Shown one piece after another: positions 20,463-30,492 of a DNA stretch of 64,000 bases. Within the stretch, counting starts at the first letter, position 1. Each line of letters opens with the position of its first letter. The translations under genes were made by a program, and so were the position numbers. Below the pieces are notes generated by a model that saw only the letters and a program-made list of their open reading frames with translations, searched no databases and was not told the origin of the DNA. The DNA comes from an uncultured delta proteobacterium (GTDB taxonomy: Bacteria > Desulfobacterota > Binatia > UBA9968), in NCBI GenBank assembly GCA_963816145.1, contig CAWFJP010000014.1:160001-224000 (forward strand), written 5' to 3'.

Positions 20463-21440
20463 TTAATTCTTGTACAGCTGTTCGATAAAACCGGAGCGGC
20501 GGATTTCCTCGACTAAGCTGGCATCCCAAAAGGTTTTCTCATTCGCCTGTTTGGCGCGTGGGTCGTCGAGGGCGGCCATGTCGTAATGGAAGGCGATGGA
20601 TTCCGGGCTGGCGCGCAGTTCTTTTTCCAGCCGGCGCGTGGTTTCGTCGTAAAGATAGCCCATCGCCGTCATGTCGGAATTTTGAAAATAGCGTTGGAGA
20701 ATTTTTAAACTCTCGGGCTTGTGGCCGATCATGTAGTGAATGCCTTCGATGTAGCCCTTGAGGAAGTTCAGCACCAGCGGGCGGTTTTGCTTGAGCAGCA
20801 CCGCGGTGGTGTTGATGCCGCCGCCCGGCGTCGGCACGTCGAATTTGCTCAGGACTTTCAAGCCTTCGTTCCTGGCGATCAAATCCAGCGGCGGGAAAAG
20901 CATGGTGCCGTGAATAATCCCGGCTTTCAGTGCGGAAAGCCGGCCGCCTTCACCGCCGCCGATGGAGAGAAATTTCACATCTTCGTTGGGATTGAGACCG
21001 TTATCGCGCAGCAATTTGGCCAGCCGGATATAGCTGGCGTCGCGCCCGCGCGAGATGCCGAGAGTTTTTCCCTTCAAGTCTTGGACGGATTGGACACTTG
21101 CTTGGGTCAGCAGAGAAGATCCCAGAGTGTTCATCGTCACGCCGAGCCGCACGATCGGGATGCCCTGCAACTGCGCCGTGGTCACGCCGGTGTCCGAGCC
21201 GATGAGAAATTGCACGCTGTTACCGATCAAGGCCGGCACGGCGCGCGCGCCGCCGCTGACGAGAATCGGTTCGACATCGAAGCCGTACTTGCGCCAGATA
21301 CCTTTCTCGGCCGTGACCCAGGATGGTGTCGAACCCGGTGCGATGGCCGGGTAGGCGGCGCGAAGTTTTTCGGCGGCTTGAAGTCTGCCCCCCACAGATA
21401 CCAGCCCAAGGGTAATGAAGAGGACGGCCGTCAGCTTCAT
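20463..21440 (-). CDS. ABC-type substrate-binding protein, NMT1/SsuA family
   Basis: Shares SWVTAxKGIW, IGSD.G.TTA and GRDA.Y.R..KLLRDNG with 19397-20380. Confidence 0.88.
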   Translation of the reverse strand: MKLTAVLFITLGLVSVGGRLQAAEKLRAAYPAIAPGSTPSWVTAEKGIWRKYGFDVEPILVSGGARAVPALIGNSVQFLIGSDTGVTTAQLQGIPIVRLGVTMNTLGSSLLTQASVQSVQDLKGKTLGISRGRDASYIRLAKLLRDNGLNPNEDVKFLSIGGGEGGRLSALKAGIIHGTMLFPPLDLIARNEGLKVLSKFDVPTPGGGINTTAVLLKQNRPLVLNFLKGYIEGIHYMIGHKPESLKILQRYFQNSDMTAMGYLYDETTRRLEKELRASPESIAFHYDMAALDDPRAKQANEKTFWDASLVEEIRRSGFIEQLYKN

Positions 21441-22289
21441 CTAAAACCACCTTCCAGTAAGAAACTGATTGATATTTCTTTCCACCATGCGGGTTTTGCC
21501 GAGTGCTGCATAAACGCCGCTTTGCATATGACGCGCGACATCTTCGCGGCTTGCGCGCCCGGAATCGATATCCACGAGATGACCATAAAAGTCTTCAAGG
21601 TAATCGTGCATGCGCTTGAAGTAAGCTCTGCCGGACTGCTCGCCGTCGACGGCAGGTCCGTGTCCGGGAATCAGTTGTTTGTAGTGGCATTTGAACAGCG
21701 GCTTCAACGCCGTCAGCCAGTTGGGAATATTGCCGAAGAAAGTCACCGGGTGAACTTCGGTATAGAGCAGATCGCCGGCAATGAATACTTCTTCTTCATG
21801 AAAATAGATGGTCGTGTCGCCCTTGCTATGGCTGTGGCCGTTCTCGGCCCGGTATTCCAGAGACAGCGTTACGCCCGGCAGTCTAATTTCAGTTGCCTTG
21901 TCGAAGACGACATCGGGCAAGGTCAGACAGAGTCCGGGAAAACGCTCGTAAAACTCCGGCACGGGTTTGAGCATGCGCGCGAAGTCGGCGGGACCGTCGT
22001 CCTGCATTGCTTGCAAGCAACCCGCGCTGGCGACGATGGGGATCTGTTTTTGCGCGAAGTAGAAATTTGCCGAGGTGTGGTCGAAGTGCTCATGGGTGTC
22101 GATCAGGTACCCGACGCGGGCACAACCCGTTTGCCGCAGCGCTTCTTTCACTTCATCGATGCGGCGAATGTCGGCGTCGATCAGCGCGGCGGCGCCGTCG
22201 CCGGCTTTTATGATCGTGAAGTTAGTCGCCCCTTCGGGACCGATGACGGCGAATACGGATTTGCTGACCTGGCGGATAGTGGATTCCAT
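21441..22289 (-). CDS. Metallo-beta-lactamase-fold hydrolase (cyclase/glyoxalase II-like)
   Basis: THEHFDH, HSKGD, AGD and IPGHG motifs; no signal peptide. Confidence 0.85.
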   Translation of the reverse strand: MESTIRQVSKSVFAVIGPEGATNFTIIKAGDGAAALIDADIRRIDEVKEALRQTGCARVGYLIDTHEHFDHTSANFYFAQKQIPIVASAGCLQAMQDDGPADFARMLKPVPEFYERFPGLCLTLPDVVFDKATEIRLPGVTLSLEYRAENGHSHSKGDTTIYFHEEEVFIAGDLLYTEVHPVTFFGNIPNWLTALKPLFKCHYKQLIPGHGPAVDGEQSGRAYFKRMHDYLEDFYGHLVDIDSGRASREDVARHMQSGVYAALGKTRMVERNINQFLTGRWF

Positions 22290-22368
22290 TGGTTACGGGG
22301 ATAGCGGATTGACTTGTAGCTTTCAAGGCAAAAGTAGGTCGCTACGCTTAAGGAGAAGAGTTGGTCTT

Positions 22369-22448
22369 ACCACGAAGGGCACGAAGAGCACGAAGTTCGG
22401 AATTCTATTTATCCGAACCCTTCGTGTCCTTCGTGATCTTCGTGGTGA
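22369..22448. repeat. REP-like palindrome (CACGAAGNN)x3-TTCGGA-spacer-TCCGAA-(CTTCGTGNN)x3
   Basis: Near-identical inverted copy at 55492-55571 and a shorter copy at 25126-25199. Confidence 0.9.
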
Positions 22449-22531
22449 AGGCCTCCTTTCTCACTGGTTGACCGAAACGGATGGCAAGTGTTATTCGCCT
22501 ATGGTACGAGGAATTCAGAAAGGAATTGGCA

Positions 22532-23308
22532 ATGATCAAAGAAGGCAAGTTTACGATATTGGAAAGCCGCGGCGCGGTGGCGAAGTTGACGATCAACCGG
22601 CCGGAGAAGCGCAATGCGTTGAGCCGGGATGCGATTAGAGAGATACTCGCGGTGTTCGAGGAGCTGCGCAACGACGACGAGATCGCCGTGGTGTTGACCA
22701 CCGGCGCGGGCGATGTGGCTTACTGCGCGGGCCGCGATCTGTCCGAATTTCCCACCGAGGGCGGGCAGAATCGCGGCAAAGACCGGCGCAAGGAGCCGCG
22801 CGCTTATCATGTCGCGGAGGTGATTCGGACTTTCCCCAAAGTGACCATTGCAGTAGTAAACGGCTTTTGTCTCGGCGGCGGCATTACGCTGTTGTTGCCC
22901 CACGACCTGGCGATAGCCTCAGACAAGGCGATGTTCGGTTTGCCGGAGATCAAGCGCGGCTTTTTGCCCTATCCGATCATCGCGACCATGTTCAAAACTT
23001 TAATTCCGACCAAGTTGGCTTTCGAACTAATTCTCACTGGGGAAAATTGGGACGCGGTGAAATCGATGAACGCGGGATTGATCAACCGCGTGGTGCCGCA
23101 CGTGCAGTTGCAGGATGAAGCCTGGAAGTGGGGCGAGGAGATCGGCAAGTTCGACAAGACGACGCTCAAATACTGCAAGATGGCGGCGCATTCGTCGATG
23201 GAAGCGGCGAGCGTGCCGATGGCGGCGGAGATCGCCTGGTTGATGCAGGAAGAACATGCTTTGGTCAATCCGCGGGCGTATGCGGGCACTAAGGAGTTTC
23301 ACAAATAG
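22532..23308 (+). CDS. Enoyl-CoA hydratase/isomerase (crotonase) family protein
   Basis: NRPEKRNA, CAGRDL, NGFCLGGG and FGLPEIKRG. ATG 22532 follows AAGGA. Confidence 0.9.
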   Translation: MIKEGKFTILESRGAVAKLTINRPEKRNALSRDAIREILAVFEELRNDDEIAVVLTTGAGDVAYCAGRDLSEFPTEGGQNRGKDRRKEPRAYHVAEVIRTFPKVTIAVVNGFCLGGGITLLLPHDLAIASDKAMFGLPEIKRGFLPYPIIATMFKTLIPTKLAFELILTGENWDAVKSMNAGLINRVVPHVQLQDEAWKWGEEIGKFDKTTLKYCKMAAHSSMEAASVPMAAEIAWLMQEEHALVNPRAYAGTKEFHK

Positions 23309-23535
23309 CGCGCGCTGTGTGTGCGCCGTTCAAGGTTCAAAGTTCAATGTTTCGGAATCGGAGGGGGGCCGCACCTTCGACGTCGCCCAAGGCGGTCGGT
23401 GTGCAAGGAGGTGCAATGAAAGACGGTATTTCTTACCCGATCATTAATGATATTTTCCAGCGCAAAGGACGCTGGATTGGCGACTTAGGAAGTTCAAGAA
23501 TTTAGAACCGCCGTATTTACGGAGGAATATAAACG

Positions 23536-24012
23536 ATGGCTCTTCGACTGCGACGGGTAGTCACAGGACATGATGCGAACGGGAAGGCTGTGGTCAAAAT
23601 CGATGAAGTCTCTCAAAATCTCTCTACGGGCCGGCCCGGACGGTCTGCTTGTGTGGTCTGGACCACCGAAACTTTTCCGGTTGATAATACCGGCGATGCT
23701 GACGAGGGGCTGCGGCAAGTCGGTACGACGCTGAAAAACGGCACCGTCTTTCGCGTTATCGAGTTTTCGCCGGGCGTCGCGCCGCGCAACCATCGGACGG
23801 ATTCCATCGACTATGCCGTCGTAATGTCGGGAGAGATCGATATGGAGCTCGATGACACGGTCGTTCACCTGAAAGCCGGGGACGTGCTGGTGCAGCGCGG
23901 CACGATCCACAACTGGGTCAACCGTGGCACCGAACCGTGCGTGATGGCTTTTATCCTGATTGACGCCAAGCCAGTCGAGGTTGGCGGAAAGGTCTTGAGT
24001 GCTGTGGGCTAG
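23536..24012 (+). CDS. Cupin domain protein
   Basis: RRVVTGH, HRTDSIDY and QRGTIHNW motifs. Confidence 0.88.
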   Translation: MALRLRRVVTGHDANGKAVVKIDEVSQNLSTGRPGRSACVVWTTETFPVDNTGDADEGLRQVGTTLKNGTVFRVIEFSPGVAPRNHRTDSIDYAVVMSGEIDMELDDTVVHLKAGDVLVQRGTIHNWVNRGTEPCVMAFILIDAKPVEVGGKVLSAVG

Positions 24013-24045
24013 ATCGTTAGCGGGAAGAGTTCAACGCGGAACAAA

Positions 24046-25047
24046 ATGATGCGAACTACCTTCATAACAACGCTTCTGATCGCACTCCTGCTCGTTTTTC
24101 CGAGCGCTGAGGGATTTGCGGCCGGTACCAAAACTCAACTCCGCGTCGCCTACAGCTCGATCTCCGGTTCCGCGGTGATTCCGTGGATCGCGGTCGATAA
24201 GGGAATCTTTGCCAAGTACGACCTCGATGTCGAGCTGATCTACGTCGCCGGGTCGCCGGCGATGCAGTCGCTGCTCGGTGGGACGACTCAGGTTAGCATC
24301 CAAGGCATCGAACCGGTGATGCGTGTCAATGCCCAGGGTGGTGATACCGTGATGATCGTCGGGCTGGTGACCAAGCCGCCGTTTTCGATCATCGTGCGGC
24401 CGGAGATTCGCGAGCCCAAGGATCTTAAGGGCAGGGCGATGGGCGTTACCCGGTTCGGTTCGGTCACCGACGCGCTGTTGCGGCTGGCGCTCGACAAGTG
24501 GGGGCTCCGGCCGGAATCCGACGTGCCGATCATTCAGATGGGCGGCGTGCCGCCGATTCTTTCCGGCATGCAGAGCAAGAAGATCTTCGGCGGGCCGATC
24601 TCGCTGCCTACATTGGCCGTCGCCAAGCAGGAAGGCTTTCGCGAGCTGGTGGATCTCGGCGACGTGATTCCCGATTATCAGTCGGCGGGAGTGGTGACGC
24701 GCAAAGCGTTTCTGCGCCAGAATCCGGAGATCGCGCGCAACTTCGTCCGGGCGATGGGCGAAGCGATTGCGGTATTCAAGACTGACGTGTCCTTTTCAAA
24801 GAAGGTCATCAAAGACCGGCTGAAAATCGACGATGCGCTTGTGCAAGAAGAAACCCAGCGAACCTATCTCAACTACGTACCGCGGGTGCCCTATCCGACC
24901 CGCGCCGGCATCGCACTGATCAAAACCTTCCTGGAGAAAAGCGAGCCGCAACTAAAGCCGCTCTCGGTCGACGATCAGATCGATAACTCGTTCGTGCGCG
25001 GACTGGAGCAGAGCGGTTTCTTCAACGCCTTGTATCCCGCGAAGTAA
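24046..25047 (+). CDS. ABC-type substrate-binding protein, NMT1/SsuA family
   Basis: Signal peptide, FAKYDLDVEL and DLKGRAMGVTRFGS. Confidence 0.88.
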   Translation: MMRTTFITTLLIALLLVFPSAEGFAAGTKTQLRVAYSSISGSAVIPWIAVDKGIFAKYDLDVELIYVAGSPAMQSLLGGTTQVSIQGIEPVMRVNAQGGDTVMIVGLVTKPPFSIIVRPEIREPKDLKGRAMGVTRFGSVTDALLRLALDKWGLRPESDVPIIQMGGVPPILSGMQSKKIFGGPISLPTLAVAKQEGFRELVDLGDVIPDYQSAGVVTRKAFLRQNPEIARNFVRAMGEAIAVFKTDVSFSKKVIKDRLKIDDALVQEETQRTYLNYVPRVPYPTRAGIALIKTFLEKSEPQLKPLSVDDQIDNSFVRGLEQSGFFNALYPAK

Positions 25048-25125
25048 TCGGCAGAATAGCTATCAGTTTTGCGCAACATGCATATCCTTGCACGGTCGGG
25101 CTACAGCCATATGAGAAATATTATT

Positions 25126-25199
25126 TTCACCACGAAGATCACGAAGTGCGGAAGTAATCTTGACCGAAACCTTCGCGTCCTTCGTGCCTTCGTGGTGAA
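25126..25199. repeat. REP-like CACGAAG palindrome
   Basis: TTCACCACGAAGATCACGAAG ... CTTCGTGCCTTCGTGGTGAA. Confidence 0.85.
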
Positions 25200-25247
25200 G
25201 GGATCTTCACAGCAAACACGATAATCCAATTCTATTAAGAGGTTGTT

Positions 25248-26174
25248 ATGAGTATAAAACTCACCGGGATTCTTTCCGCCAACGTTACGCCGTTCAAAGA
25301 TAACTACGATCTTGACGAAGCCGGGCTGCGCAAGCTGATCCGGTATCAAGCCAAGCCTGCCGGCATCAACGCCATCGTCTGCAACGCCGGCGCTGGGGAG
25401 GGCGCGACGCTGACGCGCGAGGAGCGCGTGCGCTGCATTGAGATCATCCGCGAGGAGATTCGTCCCGAGCAACATGTCGTAGCCGGCATCGAAGCGTTGT
25501 CGACGCGGGAAGCGATTCAACAGACCCGCGAGGCCAAAGCAGCTGGAGCGGCGGCGATTATGTTGACGCCGCCGCATATTTACGATTGGGATTCGCGGAC
25601 CAATCCGGAATTCGCCGTGCAGTATTTTCACGATATCGCCAAAGCCGTGGATATCCCGATCACGATTTTTCATTATCCGGCGGCGGTCACTTCCGGTTAC
25701 ACACCGGACACGGCAGTTCGCATCGCTCGGGAGGTCGACAATGTCACCGCGGTCAAAGTTGCCAGCGGCGCCAACATCCGGCGCTACGAGCAAGTGCTGC
25801 GCGGCATGCGCGCGCTGCCGCGCCATGTCTCGGTGCTTGCGACTTCGTCGCTGTTCCAACATTTCGTCACCGGTGGCGACGGCGCGTTGACCGGGTTTGC
25901 CAATTTCGCGCCGGATTTTTGTTGCGATCTTTTCAAAGCGGTCGGCGACGGCAAGCTCGACGAGGCGCGCCGCTTGCACGAGATCAACTGGGCGCTGGAA
26001 GCCGCAGTCTACAAGGCACCCAACGTGTACAAGCATAGCCGCTACAAAGTCGCTGCTTACTTCGCCGGCTTGATGGACAACTTCATCGTGCGGGCGCCGC
26101 AGGTGCCGGTGCCGGAAGGCGAAGTGAAATTGATTCACGACGCCATGGCCAAGTTGGGAATGGTTAAACGATAA
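25248..26174 (+). CDS. Dihydrodipicolinate synthase/N-acetylneuraminate lyase family aldolase (not DapA itself)
   Basis: VTPF, Schiff-base Lys in AVKVAS; GAGEG replaces the DapA GTTGE. Confidence 0.85.
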   Translation: MSIKLTGILSANVTPFKDNYDLDEAGLRKLIRYQAKPAGINAIVCNAGAGEGATLTREERVRCIEIIREEIRPEQHVVAGIEALSTREAIQQTREAKAAGAAAIMLTPPHIYDWDSRTNPEFAVQYFHDIAKAVDIPITIFHYPAAVTSGYTPDTAVRIAREVDNVTAVKVASGANIRRYEQVLRGMRALPRHVSVLATSSLFQHFVTGGDGALTGFANFAPDFCCDLFKAVGDGKLDEARRLHEINWALEAAVYKAPNVYKHSRYKVAAYFAGLMDNFIVRAPQVPVPEGEVKLIHDAMAKLGMVKR

Positions 26175-26208
26175 GAGTGAGATAAGGATGAGGGATGAAG
26201 GCGGAAGG

Positions 26209-27204
26209 ATGAACAAGATAATTCGCGTCACGGTGATTTATCGCATTGGACTGTTCATCGGTATTTTTTCGCTGCTATCATGCCTCGCTCCGGCCCGGGC
26301 GCAGGAGCGGCGCAAGATTCGCATCTCCAACGCGACTCTCAGCTATTCGGCCTTGCCGCTGGTGGCGGCGCGCGAGTGGAAGCTGTTTCAAGAACAAGGA
26401 CTTGACGTCGAGATCATTCTCATGCGCTCGGCGGCGGCTGCGGCGGCGCTGGTTTCCGGAGATCTGGACTATCAATCGGGCATCGGCCCGGCGAGCATCA
26501 GCGCGACCTTGAGCGGCGTCGATTCGCGCGCCCTCTGGTCGTCGACCAGTCGCATCACCTATTGGCTCATGGCCAAGCCGGAGGTGAAGAACGTCACGGA
26601 GCTCAGGCGCAAGAAGATCGGCGTCTCGGGGCTGGGTGGCACCAGCCATGTGGCGTTGACGATCGCGTTGGAAAAGCGCGGCATCGGGCCGAAGGATTAT
26701 GTCGCGGTTTCGGTGCCGGGGGGCAATCTGGTGCAGTCGCTGGATTCCGGTTTCGTCGATGCCGCGGCGCTCAATCCACCGACGATGTTTTTCGCCCAGC
26801 GGCGCGGCTTTGTCCGGGTGCTCGATATCGGCTCACTGGTCGAGATGGCCTCCGGCGGTCTGACCGCGATGACGCGGAACATTCGCAGCCGGCCCGATGA
26901 AGTGAAACGCATTATTCGCGCACTTCAACTGGGCAAGAAGGCGATGCTGGCGTCGCGCGAGAAAACTCTCGCGCTCATCACCGGCGTGCTCAAGATGGAT
27001 AAGGACACCGCGTCGGATACCTATAAGATCGTCCAGGAGAGCTTCAATGACACCGGCATCCCGACGCCGGAAGGGATCGCCAACATTATCAGAGCGATCA
27101 AAGCCGAGGGACGCTTCGCCGATCGCAATGTCGCCTACGAGGAAGTCGCCGAGCCGCGCTTCGCTATCGAGGTGGCGAAGGAATTAGGTTACAAGGTGCA
27201 GTGA
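26209..27204 (+). CDS. ABC-type substrate-binding protein, NMT1/SsuA family
   Basis: FQEQGLDVEI and LRRKKIGVS. The upstream ATG at 26188 lies inside a GGATGAA repeat, so ATG 26209 is preferred. Confidence 0.85.
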   Translation: MNKIIRVTVIYRIGLFIGIFSLLSCLAPARAQERRKIRISNATLSYSALPLVAAREWKLFQEQGLDVEIILMRSAAAAAALVSGDLDYQSGIGPASISATLSGVDSRALWSSTSRITYWLMAKPEVKNVTELRRKKIGVSGLGGTSHVALTIALEKRGIGPKDYVAVSVPGGNLVQSLDSGFVDAAALNPPTMFFAQRRGFVRVLDIGSLVEMASGGLTAMTRNIRSRPDEVKRIIRALQLGKKAMLASREKTLALITGVLKMDKDTASDTYKIVQESFNDTGIPTPEGIANIIRAIKAEGRFADRNVAYEEVAEPRFAIEVAKELGYKVQ

Positions 27205-27343
27205 GTCGGAATCGGATTTTCTCCCGCCAAGGCGCAAAGACGCAAAGTTAAACCGGGAAAGAAATTAACCGCAAAAGCAATCCGAGGTAGGGGCGTATGG
27301 CGTACGCCCGCGGGGCGGTGTTGTGCGGCTTTTCCCTCGACGC

Positions 27344-28297
27344 TCAATTTCCCACCGGGGCGAATAATTCGCTGAGCGCCGGGCGGTTCGGAATGTACCC
27401 CTGCTCGTTGGCGTACTGGACGAACTTCTCCAACACGACTTGGTTCTCGGCGGTAAGTCCGTGTCCCCATGGATTCTTGCCGAAAACTTCTTCCTCTTCT
27501 TCCAAGATCAATACCGCCGATGGAAACGCCGAACGTTTGGCGTAGGCGTAAGAGTTGCGGCAAAGTTCTTCAGCTTCGTTGAATGCTTTGAGCAAGCTCG
27601 CCACCAGCCAAGGCTGTTTGTCGAACAGCTCTTGGCGCACCACCAACGTGTGAGTGATCGGAAAGATTCGGGTTTGAAGAAAATAATTATTGACGGTGGC
27701 GCGAATGTCTTTGAAGACACGGCGAATTCGCGGGTCTTGGTTGCGGAACGACGCCACGATGTTGGGCGGGATCAAGGCGTCGAGTTCGCCGTTTAGGAGC
27801 ATTGCTTCAGTGGACTTGTTGGCGCAGGTGATCTCGACATTCGCCGGCAGCCGGAAACCGGCATCCTCTGTTTCAAGCTCGCTGGTGAACCAGCGGCAGT
27901 CTTGCGGCCGTACGCCGTAGTGCTCCTGCAGGATGCCGCGCGCCCACAGACCGACCGTCAAGCGGTATTGGTCCATGCCGATTTTTTTGCCCTTCAAGTC
28001 TTCGGGACTCTCAATGCCGGAAGCCGGCGAGCAAAAAATATAGGGGTGTATCTGCATGCGCAGCGGGAAGATCGGCAGGGCGATCACCGGCTCGTTGCGG
28101 CTGCGCGCCATCACATACCATGACAACGACATTTCGGCGATGTCGTACTCTTCGTAGACCGGCCGCATGCAGGCGACGCCAGTTTCGGCGCGGTGCAGCG
28201 AAAACTCGATGCCCTGTGCTTTAATCTCGCCGTTCAACATGGGCCGCGTGCGGTGGTAGTCGGCGAGGAGCAGACTCAGTTCAATATTTTGTTCCAT
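27344..28297 (-). CDS. 4,5-dihydroxyphthalate decarboxylase (OphC)-like protein
   Basis: DIAEMSLS.Y, LPIFPLR, LWARGILQEHYGV and FPITH motifs. Confidence 0.8.
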   Translation of the reverse strand: MEQNIELSLLLADYHRTRPMLNGEIKAQGIEFSLHRAETGVACMRPVYEEYDIAEMSLSWYVMARSRNEPVIALPIFPLRMQIHPYIFCSPASGIESPEDLKGKKIGMDQYRLTVGLWARGILQEHYGVRPQDCRWFTSELETEDAGFRLPANVEITCANKSTEAMLLNGELDALIPPNIVASFRNQDPRIRRVFKDIRATVNNYFLQTRIFPITHTLVVRQELFDKQPWLVASLLKAFNEAEELCRNSYAYAKRSAFPSAVLILEEEEEVFGKNPWGHGLTAENQVVLEKFVQYANEQGYIPNRPALSELFAPVGN

Positions 28298-28397
28298 GGT
28301 TTCTCCCTCTGTGACATTTGTCTAGGGTTTCGCGTCTAGGGTCCAGGGTTATGGCACCGGAACACGGGACGCAAGACCCGAGACGCTAGACGCGTTC

Positions 28398-29438
28398 TCA
28401 ACGGCTTTGGCCGATGGCTTTGTTTAGAAATTGCCGGGTGAAAAATTTGTCCGCTCCGCCAAGCTTCTTCGCTTCCGCTTCGATGCGCGTGGCGCCGATC
28501 AGCGACTCGATGTCTTCACGGGAGATCGCGATGGAATACTGCTTGGCAAACTGATTGACGACCAGGCGCACCGTCGCCGCATCCCCGAAGCTGTTGTTTT
28601 TCTTGCTCACCGCGGCGGCAACGCGCTCTTGATTGGTGCTCAAAAAGTCCAGACCGCGCTTGATGCCGCGCAACATTTGTACGATGCTGTCGCCGTCGGA
28701 CTCGGCTTTCGCTTTACTGGTGATGATGACGACGAAGGGGAAGCCCGGCAGGACCGCGCCGACGTCATAGAGTGACGGAAAGCCTTTGCGTTCGAGCTCG
28801 AGTTTTTCCAGGAAAGAAAACGGCGAAGCTTGAATCTTTCCGGTTTCCAAGGCTTGGGCGCGCGCCGGGCTATTGCCGACGCCGTAGAGAATTTTGTAGT
28901 CACGATCGCGCACCAGGCCTTTTTTTGCGAGACTCTCCACAGAGGACCATTCGGCGATGCCGCCGGGGCCGGTGACGCCGACGACTTTGCCTTTGAGATC
29001 GTTGACCGTCGTAATTCCCTTCGCGCCCATCATTGTGTAATCCATGTAGGGCTGCATGCCGCTGATGATGGTTATCGGCGCGTTTTGCGCGATGGCGCGC
29101 ACCGAGGCGACGCCCGCGACAAATGCGTACTCGACTCCGCCGCCGACCAGCGCGGCCATGGCCGTCGGCCCGCCGCGGATCAAAACCGTCCTGACATCCA
29201 AACCTTCGGCGGCAAAAAAGCCGAACTCTTGAGCGACAAAGAGGGGCAGCGTGCCGCTCAGTGTCGGCGTGTTCGAGGCGAAGTTGACGATCTTGGCGGC
29301 CGCCATGACCTGCGCGGGCGCGAGACCTAGGACAATCGCGACGACTCCCGCAAGCAGCAACCCGCGGTAGACCGATGTCCGATAACTTCTGCGGTTGTAA
29401 GGTTTTTCGAACGCGAATGGGTTCTGTATGATTCTCAT
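28398..29438 (-). CDS. ABC-type substrate-binding protein, NMT1/SsuA family
   Basis: FAAEGLDV and DLKGKVVGV. ATG 29438 overlaps the upstream TGA (ATGA), so the longer 29768 start is spurious. Confidence 0.85.
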   Translation of the reverse strand: MRIIQNPFAFEKPYNRRSYRTSVYRGLLLAGVVAIVLGLAPAQVMAAAKIVNFASNTPTLSGTLPLFVAQEFGFFAAEGLDVRTVLIRGGPTAMAALVGGGVEYAFVAGVASVRAIAQNAPITIISGMQPYMDYTMMGAKGITTVNDLKGKVVGVTGPGGIAEWSSVESLAKKGLVRDRDYKILYGVGNSPARAQALETGKIQASPFSFLEKLELERKGFPSLYDVGAVLPGFPFVVIITSKAKAESDGDSIVQMLRGIKRGLDFLSTNQERVAAAVSKKNNSFGDAATVRLVVNQFAKQYSIAISREDIESLIGATRIEAEAKKLGGADKFFTRQFLNKAIGQSR

Positions 29439-30448
29439 AGGTCCCGCGTACTCTCCGCGAACAGTTCTTCGATCTTGGGCTTTTTTGCGATCAGTCCCTG
29501 CTCGTGGGAAAAGTCGACGAGCGTTTCCAGCAACTTCCGATTGGCCTTGATGCCGTAGGGAAACGGATCGCTGCCGAAGATTTCCTGCGTCTTGGCCAAA
29601 TACTCTTTGCCGAAGAACATCGCTGACGGGATGCGATCGACCAACCTGGCGTTGAAGTATTCCTTGGCTTTGACGAAGGCGCTGTAAAGATTGAAAGCGA
29701 CCCAGGGATGTTTGCGATAGATGTCGCCGCGAATCGTGTAAGTATGGTTGACCGGCAAGAATCCCCACTTGTCGAAAAACCGCTTGCCTTCGGCGATCCG
29801 GTCGGGAAAGAGCCGCTTGACCTTGCTCCAGTCGCCGTCGGCGCCGGTGATCTGGTGCGACCGGCCCAGCTGGGTGGGGGAGTGTTTCACCGGGCTGTTG
29901 ATGGCGGCGACATCGAGCTCTCGGTGCACGAGCATGGAGGCCAAACTTTTTTCCGGCGGGACGCGCTGGAACGAAATGCCTTGGGGCGGCGTAAAGCCGG
30001 TGACGCCGCCATGGCTCATCTCCTCGGTGCGTTCCATGTACCAGTGGACTTTGTATTGCGACACGCCGAAGTCATGGTCGAGGATGCCGCGCTGCCACAG
30101 CGCGGCGGTCTGTTGATATTCGCTAACGCCGATGCGTTTGCCGACGATGTCCTCCGGTTTGGCGATCCCAGAGGCGGCGTGGATCGAGAGTTCGGTGTGA
30201 AACAGCCGCCGGCTGGGAAAGACCGGCAGCGCGATCATGTCCAAGCCGCGCTCGCGGCCGATCAAGTAAGAGGACATGGACATCTCGCCAACTGGAAATT
30301 CCAAATCTCTTAGCTGGCGCAAAAACGTTTCCGATGGGTGCGAATAGGTCGGTGCGATCTCGATGCCCTCTGCCTTAACGATGCCGTTCATAAGCGGTTC
30401 GACACGCTCGTTGAAGTTGGAAATAAAGTTCAATGTGAGCCTGGCCAT
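29435..30448 (-). CDS. OphC-like decarboxylase-family protein (paralog 2)
   Basis: EMSMSSY, PVFPSRR, EYQQTAALW.RGIL and LPVNH motifs. Confidence 0.8.
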   Translation of the reverse strand: MARLTLNFISNFNERVEPLMNGIVKAEGIEIAPTYSHPSETFLRQLRDLEFPVGEMSMSSYLIGRERGLDMIALPVFPSRRLFHTELSIHAASGIAKPEDIVGKRIGVSEYQQTAALWQRGILDHDFGVSQYKVHWYMERTEEMSHGGVTGFTPPQGISFQRVPPEKSLASMLVHRELDVAAINSPVKHSPTQLGRSHQITGADGDWSKVKRLFPDRIAEGKRFFDKWGFLPVNHTYTIRGDIYRKHPWVAFNLYSAFVKAKEYFNARLVDRIPSAMFFGKEYLAKTQEIFGSDPFPYGIKANRKLLETLVDFSHEQGLIAKKPKIEELFAESTRDL

Positions 30449-30492
30449 TGGGAAGTTCCTTGCGTCTTGGCGCGAGTTTTTTCGCGGTCGAA

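Noticed and set aside
21441-22289. Second beta-lactamase
   Set aside because: No signal peptide; the motif pattern fits generic cytoplasmic MBL-fold hydrolases.
20721-22304. Long antisense ORFs (20721-22304, 25101-26231, 44746-46053, 59008-60486 and others)
   Set aside because: Shadow frames of well-supported genes in GC-rich DNA with no recognisable motifs.
22369-22448. Tandem CACGAAG units as a CRISPR array
   Set aside because: Units are 9 nt with no unique spacers, the element is an inverted hairpin, and there are no cas genes.
25248-26174. Calling the gene dapA
   Set aside because: GTTGE is replaced by GAGEG and the context is catabolic.
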